This document shows positions 16,191 through 22,525 of a stretch of 22,525 bases of DNA, piece by piece. The translations under genes were made by a program, and so were the position numbers. Within the stretch, counting starts at the first letter, position 1; the number at the start of each line of letters is the position of its first letter. This DNA is from an uncultured archaeon (GTDB lineage: Archaea; Asgardarchaeota; Lokiarchaeia; Sigyniarchaeales; SOKP01), in contig CAYUTF010000055.1 in the NCBI GenBank assembly GCA_964447495.1, positions 1 to 22,525 of the forward strand. The letters run 5' to 3'. A model generated the notes under the pieces. The model did no database searches, had not been told where the DNA came from, and was given only the letters and a program-made list of their open reading frames with translations.

Positions 16191-18080
16191 ATGTCGATAT
16201 CACTTTTTTCCCCTAATGAATTAGAAAGCCTTAGAGAAGTTATTGAAAAAAATGGATGGACAATTGAGGGAATAACAGAAAATTACTTTAGATATAGTAT
16301 AAAAAACGATAAACTTTTAATATTTACATTAAAAATACCCATTCAATTACCTGTACGCTTAAATATTCCCTTAGAAATAGTCACTTTTCGAGCGAGTATT
16401 GCATTTAAATTTTGGAATTTAAATACCGCTGTGAATAGAAATATCCTTATCTTTATGAAAATGCTCCGAAATTTGGCATTACAAGTAAAACTCGAGCAGA
16501 ATTTTCCAATAGAGGGTAGAGAAACAAAATTAGTCGAACTCTTAAATCTTATTATACCTGAAACTGTTAACCATGAACATGAAAATACTTGGATTAATAG
16601 AATACGGATTTCCTTAATGAGTAAAAGAAATTCAATCAAATTATTCGATGAATCTGATATTAATTTAGTTGTTGCCTCATTAAATAATATAGGTTTAGAT
16701 TCAACATTTAAATTACCTTGGGAATTAAAGGAGGGAGTACCTAAATTAAGGACAGCTGAAACCCTCTTTTTTTCAAATGATGAAACATTCGATGAATTTT
16801 TTATTTTGGAAAAAGGCTTCTTCAGTTATTTTAAAGATATAGAATATAACAAATTTTATATTCGAACCTCATTTGATTGCTATAGCCCTTATATCTTAAA
16901 GAATTTATTTGAGGATATTGATTTCAAGCTGGAGGATCACCTTGAAACATGGATAAAATTTTCAAGAATGTTATTAAATTCTTTACTTAAGATAATTAAT
17001 CTAAACAAAATAAATCAGCAAGATTATATACAGATTAACCCTGAAAGAGAATTAGATACTTCTGAATTTGAATTAAAAGAGAATAACTTTCCTTTTACGG
17101 CACTGCATTATGAAAGTTCAATCGCAAAAGGGGAATTATATCACATCCATAATGCTCTATTAAATACCCCACCAAAGAATTTCGAAGTTCTAGAATTTAT
17201 GAATGTCTATACTGAAGCTGAAGAATTAATACAAAATTACAGATTTGATCAAGCTACTCAACTTTTAAACAATTCTTTAATGGTATTCAATAAGCATAAG
17301 CAAAAAAAAATTGTGGTGTCAATTCTTTTAAAATTAAGAAAAATAGCAAAAAATTTAAATCAAAATGATATTGCGCTTAATTATATGAATACCGCATTAG
17401 GAGTAGCGAAGTCAGGGGACGTCCCTATTGATTTCATTATTCAAGTTCATTATAAACTAGGAAAATATTATTTTAAAATAAATGAATATATTAAGGCAGA
17501 GCAACATTTCGACACAATTATTAATTTTCTCGAAAAAGAAAAAGTGTCAATTAATAAAGAGGAATACTTAGGAATGGCTTACCTTTATAGAGGGTTGATA
17601 AATCTCCAAAATTCTCATTTAGCACTATCTAAAAGTGATTTCAAGGAAGCACTCCTTTATAGCAATGATTCACCTAAAGTTAAACTTAAATACTATCTCT
17701 TAAGAGCCATAGATTATAGAAATAAGGGAAATCTGTCTCAAACTCAAAAATTATTGAGAGCGGGAATTGAAACTGTTGGACTTGATTATAATGACAAAAA
17801 ATATGATTATATTTTGATTAAGATCGTTTTAGAATTAGCTGAATTCTATATACACCATCGAGTTGATTCTAAAAAAGCTCTTTACCTTTTGAAAGTTGTG
17901 GAAACTAGGATCGGCCAAAATATTAAACAAATTCATGGAATAAAAAAAGCAATTAGGTGGAATCTACTTATGTGCGATTACCAAGACATTATAGCAAAAG
18001 ATAGTGAAAAATCTACCCACTACTATAAACAAAGCCAAATTCTTATTAATCAGCTTAAGAAGATAGGCGTTATCCATTAA
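16191..18080 (+). CDS. Protein with uncharacterised N-terminal domain and C-terminal TPR repeats
   Basis: 629 aa; HYKLGKYYFKINEYIKAEQHF and AYLYRGLINL..ALSKSDFKEAL TPR-type repeats. Confidence 0.75.
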   Translation: MSISLFSPNELESLREVIEKNGWTIEGITENYFRYSIKNDKLLIFTLKIPIQLPVRLNIPLEIVTFRASIAFKFWNLNTAVNRNILIFMKMLRNLALQVKLEQNFPIEGRETKLVELLNLIIPETVNHEHENTWINRIRISLMSKRNSIKLFDESDINLVVASLNNIGLDSTFKLPWELKEGVPKLRTAETLFFSNDETFDEFFILEKGFFSYFKDIEYNKFYIRTSFDCYSPYILKNLFEDIDFKLEDHLETWIKFSRMLLNSLLKIINLNKINQQDYIQINPERELDTSEFELKENNFPFTALHYESSIAKGELYHIHNALLNTPPKNFEVLEFMNVYTEAEELIQNYRFDQATQLLNNSLMVFNKHKQKKIVVSILLKLRKIAKNLNQNDIALNYMNTALGVAKSGDVPIDFIIQVHYKLGKYYFKINEYIKAEQHFDTIINFLEKEKVSINKEEYLGMAYLYRGLINLQNSHLALSKSDFKEALLYSNDSPKVKLKYYLLRAIDYRNKGNLSQTQKLLRAGIETVGLDYNDKKYDYILIKIVLELAEFYIHHRVDSKKALYLLKVVETRIGQNIKQIHGIKKAIRWNLLMCDYQDIIAKDSEKSTHYYKQSQILINQLKKIGVIH

Positions 18081-18087
18081 AATTGTT

Positions 18088-18098
18088 AAAAAAAAAAA
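18088..18098 (-). terminator. Oligo-T terminator downstream of eS30
   Basis: A-run on the + strand (T-run on the minus strand) a few nt after the TAA at 18105. Confidence 0.55.
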
Positions 18099-18104
18099 GA
18101 GTTT

Positions 18105-18308
18105 TTAGCGAGAGTATGTTGCTCGTTTTGCTCCAAGACTATCTGATTGTCCTCCGTATTTACCTTTCTCGACTCTTTGGATATATAACTTTCTAAATCT
18201 CATTCTTGGAGGATTTTTCTTTTTAGAATTTACGCCAGTTTTCTCAATTTTAGGCGTTTGCTGTCGAACTTTTCCAGCTTTCGTTAATGAACCATGTGAA
18301 CCAGGAAT
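18105..18308 (-). CDS. rps30e: 30S ribosomal protein S30e (eS30), 67 aa, apparent ATT start; absent from the ORF track
   Basis: Manual translation: (I/M)PGSHGSLTKAGKVRQQTPKIEKTGVNSKKKNPPRMRFRKLYIQRVEKGKYGGQSDSLGAKRATYSR*; HGSLxxAGKVRxQTPK is the eS30 signature. Confidence 0.95.
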   Translation of the reverse strand: MPGSHGSLTKAGKVRQQTPKIEKTGVNSKKKNPPRMRFRKLYIQRVEKGKYGGQSDSLGAKRATYSR

Positions 18309-18502
18309 AATATATCAACTCGTAAAATTATTTTTATGATGATTATACTATTATTAAAAATTCGAAAATTCTTAAATTTTTGGGTTATAGGAATATAATT
18401 ATGCATAATTTTAAAAAATGGACTCCCTTTTTTTTATTAGAGATAGAGAATATCTCTTTTATAGGTATGGTATTAATAAAATTAATATTAACGTGAGGAA
18501 TA

Positions 18503-18685
18503 TTGGAGGATAAAAAAAAACAAGACAAAGCACAAACTTCAGGAATAGTAAAGGAAGGTAAAATACAATATGGTGAATCTCGGATTATTTGTTCTTTTTG
18601 TGGGGAAGAAATAAAAGATGAAATTAAAAATGGTGTATGTCCCTACTGTAATACTCCTATAAACGATGATAAATCAGAGAAATGA
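18503..18685 (+). CDS. Small zinc-ribbon protein
   Basis: 60 aa, TTG start after GTGAGG; CSFCG...CPYC. Confidence 0.7.
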   Translation: MEDKKKQDKAQTSGIVKEGKIQYGESRIICSFCGEEIKDEIKNGVCPYCNTPINDDKSEK

Positions 18686-18791
18686 TATCTAATTATTATT
18701 CTAAAATGTAACTATACGAAATTATATTAAGATAAATAAAATATTGTTAAAATATCAATAATCATTTAAAATTAAATAAAATCTCTTCTCA

Positions 18792-19286
18792 ATGAGCGTT
18801 CGAAACTATAATCAAAGCAGTAGACGGTTAATAATTGGCGTCTCTCTTGCATTTGTTACACTCTTTATTTTTTTAGGGCTGATTTTCGTAGAATTTAGTC
18901 TAATATTCATACTTATTGTCCCCTTATTAATTTTAATGATAATTGGAATATTAATAATTAAATTCTCTTGGAATCCACAAAATTATTGTTCACGCTGCAA
19001 TTATCCTGTGAGTATTTACGCAGAGTTTTGTAGAAATTGTGGTTTACAATTAATTAGTAGATGTCCTAATTGTGATGCTTATGTACGAGAAGGAGTAAGA
19101 ATCTGTCCTACTTGTGGTTATTCTTTTGAGAAAAAGGAGTTAATAAGTGAGCCTATTGAGTATAAAGTAGTTGAAAAAGGTTCACCCTTACCCTTAAAAC
19201 CTAATTTTTGCCCAACATGCGGAGCAAGTTTGAAAAATGCAGAAAATGTGAGATTTTGTGAGTATTGTGGATCAAGAATTAAATAA
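18792..19286 (+). CDS. Membrane-anchored multi-zinc-ribbon (double zinc ribbon-type) protein
   Basis: Two N-terminal TM helices, then six CxxC pairs (CSRC, CRNC, CPNC, CPTC, CPTC, CEYC). Confidence 0.85.
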   Translation: MSVRNYNQSSRRLIIGVSLAFVTLFIFLGLIFVEFSLIFILIVPLLILMIIGILIIKFSWNPQNYCSRCNYPVSIYAEFCRNCGLQLISRCPNCDAYVREGVRICPTCGYSFEKKELISEPIEYKVVEKGSPLPLKPNFCPTCGASLKNAENVRFCEYCGSRIK

Positions 19287-19291
19287 AAAGA

Positions 19292-19864
19292 TTATTTAGC
19301 GTCTCGATCCTTAAGAATTTTTAAGATAAAAGCAAGTACATAACCCAAGAGTATAATTATCGCCCACCGAATTAAATATTCCACAAGTGGGGCCTGAAAG
19401 TAAGCTAGTCTTAAGAAGTATACAAGAAATAACCATGCGCTTATAAAAATCGAAATAGGAATAACCCATTTTGGAAAAAGTGTATCTCTTTTTTTCCAAA
19501 AAATGTAGATGGATACACCAAAAGGAACAATATGATAATAGTCATAAAATAACCCATAGCTAAAAATTTCTGTAACTATGGTTAAAATTAACCCCATCAA
19601 GGAATAAATCATGAAATTGTTGATATAAGGATTATCTCGGTGAATAAACCAGGCAATTGATAAGGAAAAATACCATTGACTTACTGTAAATATAACAATA
19701 TTTGCACCCTCATCAAAATGGTGCACGTTTGGACCAGTACCAAACAAATAAAGTGGTTGCCAGTTCATTGGAATAATAAATTGAAATATTAAACTAATTA
19801 TTGTCGCTACTACTAATTGTATTATCGTAATTGATATCAAATTTAACTGATTTATTTTTTTCAT
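19292..19864 (-). CDS. Hypothetical integral membrane protein
   Basis: 190 aa with about 5-6 hydrophobic segments; no family recognised. Confidence 0.7.
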   Translation of the reverse strand: MKKINQLNLISITIIQLVVATIISLIFQFIIPMNWQPLYLFGTGPNVHHFDEGANIVIFTVSQWYFSLSIAWFIHRDNPYINNFMIYSLMGLILTIVTEIFSYGLFYDYYHIVPFGVSIYIFWKKRDTLFPKWVIPISIFISAWLFLVYFLRLAYFQAPLVEYLIRWAIIILLGYVLAFILKILKDRDAK

Positions 19865-20026
19865 AGAAAATTTCTAATTTTTCCTCTCTTTTTAAGTTTA
19901 TCACTCAATTAATCTGACCGTAAATATCAATATCAATTAGAATAAGATATAAATTATATAGTGAATTTTTATTTATATTATAATAATAGCTATAGTAATA
20001 AATCTTTAATTTATAACACTTAAAAA

Positions 20027-20119
20027 GGGGAATTGGCGTAGTGGTAGCGTGACGGGCTCCAGATCCTTTAAGCATGAGGCGTTACCCGGAGATCGGGGGT
20101 TCAATTCCCTCATTCCCCA
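20027..20119 (+). tRNA. trnW: tRNA-Trp(CCA) with 21-nt intron at 37/38 (intron 20063-20083); CCA end not encoded
   Basis: Acceptor GGGGAAT/ATTCCCC+A; D arm GCGT-AGTGGTA-GCGT; anticodon CCA 20059-20061; T arm GGGGG-TTCAATT-CCCTC; relaxed bulge-helix-bulge at the junctions. Confidence 0.92.
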
Positions 20120-20360
20120 TTTAAGATAAAGAACTCTTTTTTATATTAATATAAATTGATCTAGATAGTTAAATCTTGAATTTCAATGAATTTATCTCAT
20201 ATTTTATAATATAGCGTTTACTTCTTCGATGTTATATGTAATTATATACAAGGTGTCTATAGCATTAGCTTAATTAAAAAAAATTCTCTAAACATATTGA
20301 AGAGGGTTTTATTTATCCTTATGTCAAGGAAAACGATGAGTTTTAGGAGTTTCTTAAATA

Positions 20361-21791
20361 TTATGTAATAAGTAGTTTAATTTTCTTGCTCTCTATTTTT
20401 CTAATCATTATCTCGCTTAACATCGCTTCTTGAGACTTATCCAAGGCAAGAACTCTCAGATTTGGAAAATTTATTATAAATTTGGGTAATTCTTCCATAG
20501 GATTTCCAAAAAGAGATAGAGTTCCTAAAAATTTCAAATCTTTAAGATTGTATGGTAGACATTTTAAATGATTGCCACTTAAATCGAGATCAATTAATCC
20601 TTTAGGAAATTCGAATAGGTCTGATATTTCACGAATTTTATTATTCCCAAAATAAAATGTTCGCAATGAATTTAAGTGTTTCACTTGAATTGGTAGCTTA
20701 GCAAATTTATTACCAGAGAGATCCAGAAATTTTAAATTTCTAAGCAATTCTATAGTTTTAGGTAATTCTTCAAGATCATTATCTGAAAGATTTAAATGGA
20801 CTAGATTGACTAAGCGACCTATCGATTCTGGTAAAGTGTTAAGATGATTCGAATATAATTCCAAATGCTCTAAATGTGTTAAAAATTGAATACTATCGGG
20901 TATCTCTTCAAGCATATTATCTGAAATATTTAACTTCTTTAGATTTATCAGATTTCCTATTGAATCAGGGAGCTTTTGAATTTTATTGATTCTTAATATT
21001 AATTCTTCTAAGGAGACTAAGTTTCCTATAGTTTCTGGGATAATTGTTATCTGGTTTTTAGTTAACCTCAAAAATTTCAATTTGTCAAGAGAGCCTATTG
21101 CATCCGAGACGAATTCGATTTTATTGACCCACGCATCGAATTCGATTAAATTTCTTAAATCTTTAACTCCTTCACCTATTTCCTTAATGTAATTATTACC
21201 AAGTAGGAGCTGTTTTAGATTTCTAGCAATAAATACAAAATCTGGTATAGTTTCAAGCTGTATACCCATTAAATCTAATCTTTTAATCCCCTGTACAAGA
21301 GTTTCTTTTTCTTCAATATTTAAATAATCCAAATACCGCTCTAGAACTAAATATTTAACAACAGGGGGATATCCCGAAGAGAATCTTCTTGCTATTTCAT
21401 CTTTAAACACTCGTTTAGCGATCTCATCCCCAAATTCAACTAACTTTTTCAAAATAGGAAATGAGAGTGTTGAATTCAAAAATCGAGTATCGTAGTTCTG
21501 ATCAACCCAAACTTGAATATTTGAACAATGTGCCCAAAACTCTGTTTCTGGATCTAACCCATAAGATTCAATATTTCCAATAGGAATATCATACAATTCA
21601 TCAGCAGAAACTCCCTCTCCCTCCCTATATATTAATTCGTCAATGCTATTGTAATCTGCTGCCTTCTCCACTGGGATGGTAATCAAAACTTTATGGCACT
21701 GTCGGAATCTCTCCCCCCCTATATAGATAATAGTTTTTTTATTTTCTAATTTTAAAGTAATATACTGATTTACCTGAAAGATTTTTCTCAT
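20361..21791 (-). CDS. Leucine-rich repeat protein with N-terminal non-LRR domain
   Basis: About a dozen 23-residue repeats LxxLxLxxNxIxxLPxxIGxL; N-terminal FQVNQYITLKLE..FRQC..EFWAHCSNIQVW domain of a kind I recall from Lokiarchaeia LRR paralogs. Confidence 0.92.
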   Translation of the reverse strand: MRKIFQVNQYITLKLENKKTIIYIGGERFRQCHKVLITIPVEKAADYNSIDELIYREGEGVSADELYDIPIGNIESYGLDPETEFWAHCSNIQVWVDQNYDTRFLNSTLSFPILKKLVEFGDEIAKRVFKDEIARRFSSGYPPVVKYLVLERYLDYLNIEEKETLVQGIKRLDLMGIQLETIPDFVFIARNLKQLLLGNNYIKEIGEGVKDLRNLIEFDAWVNKIEFVSDAIGSLDKLKFLRLTKNQITIIPETIGNLVSLEELILRINKIQKLPDSIGNLINLKKLNISDNMLEEIPDSIQFLTHLEHLELYSNHLNTLPESIGRLVNLVHLNLSDNDLEELPKTIELLRNLKFLDLSGNKFAKLPIQVKHLNSLRTFYFGNNKIREISDLFEFPKGLIDLDLSGNHLKCLPYNLKDLKFLGTLSLFGNPMEELPKFIINFPNLRVLALDKSQEAMLSEIMIRKIESKKIKLLIT

Positions 21792-21896
21792 CTTAATGTT
21801 AAAGGTTGCTAGTGAATTTAAATATTATGAGCATGATGACTTTCTCTTATATTATATTAAAAAAAAAAGGGAAAAATAAAATTGGACTTAAACTGT

Positions 21897-22525
21897 TTAA
21901 CTCCCCAAATATCTAATATTTAAATAATATATATCCCATACTTGTTCCCATGATAAACCATTAAATAACGCTCTAATATAATTTTCTGGACGTACAAAGT
22001 AAGTGGGATTGATAACGTCGGGAATCAATTTATCTAAATAAGCATTCTTTCTCCGTGGAAGCAAATACTTCTTTTCGCCTTTGGAATCTAAATAATAACC
22101 ACAACTAAGTATTTTCTTGATTTCCGCTCTTTGAAGATCTTTTTTAAACTCAAAAAGATAATTATAACCGTGTTTAGCACAGAGTATTTGTAGTATCGCT
22201 TTCATCTTGGAATGCCCTAACTTCACATAATCTTGTACTGTCTTAACTCCTTGAGGTGTATGAGGATTTCTAAAAAATGGACGACTGATTATTAACTCCA
22301 ACCATTTTGATTCTGGTATACCAGCGAAAAGTCTTTCTCTATCTTCAAGTTGAGCCTCAATAGCATCTAAACCTGAATCAGTATCTAAATTAAAGATATC
22401 GCATATTTTATCTATATCTGATTGCAATATTTCATTTCCCAAACTCCACTCTAAGAACCATTCAGTCATTAACTCCGCACTTTTAAACCTTAGATAGATA
22501 TCATGCAATGTGATTTCCTCAATTT
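21897..22525 (-). CDS. Hypothetical protein, probably 5'-truncated by the window edge
   Basis: The frame stays open upstream of the track's TTG at 22508 (…IEEIT-LHDIY) to the end of the window; no family recognised. Confidence 0.6.
   Translation of the reverse strand, partial: IEEITLHDIYLRFKSAELMTEWFLEWSLGNEILQSDIDKICDIFNLDTDSGLDAIEAQLEDRERLFAGIPESKWLELIISRPFFRNPHTPQGVKTVQDYVKLGHSKMKAILQILCAKHGYNYLFEFKKDLQRAEIKKILSCGYYLDSKGEKKYLLPRRKNAYLDKLIPDVINPTYFVRPENYIRALFNGLSWEQVWDIYYLNIRYLGS

Noticed and set aside
20027-20119. tRNA-Sec, or a tRNA with a long variable arm
   Set aside because: Anticodon is CCA, the acceptor stem is 7 bp, and the extra 21 nt lie in the anticodon loop as an intron.
14489-21192. 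Short ORFs at 14489, 16343, 19311 and 20986
   Set aside because: Nested in or antisense to longer supported genes; no independent evidence.
20480-21290. Periodic sequence similarity as a DNA repeat or CRISPR array
   Set aside because: The periodicity is the 69-nt LRR coding repeat; there are no identical direct repeats with spacers and no cas genes.

Overview
AT-rich archaeal chromosomal window. Gene content (NOG1 GTPase, eS30, MfnE/MfnF, HEAT/TPR/LRR/zinc-ribbon proteins, BHB-intron tRNA) points to an Asgard archaeon, probably Lokiarchaeia; this is inference. The centrepiece is a co-oriented selenium/sulfur-handling cluster (8822-13077): split YedE-type transporter (two genes), TusA/YedF carrier, a single-chain protein with three DsrE/F/H-like domains, a second atypical TusA-like protein, an unknown CxxC protein, and selD. 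The ORF track truncates selD. The real gene starts at 11978, reads through an in-frame TGA (12029-12031, G-U-S-C-K) as selenocysteine, and is followed by a eukaryote-type SECIS hairpin in its 3' UTR. The track also misses ribosomal protein eS30 (18105-18308, minus strand), which has no in-frame ATG/GTG/TTG and appears to start at ATT. A tRNA-Trp(CCA) has a 21-nt intron and an A27.G43 mismatch that leaves a 4-bp anticodon stem. All calls come from reading motifs by eye; no database searches were run.
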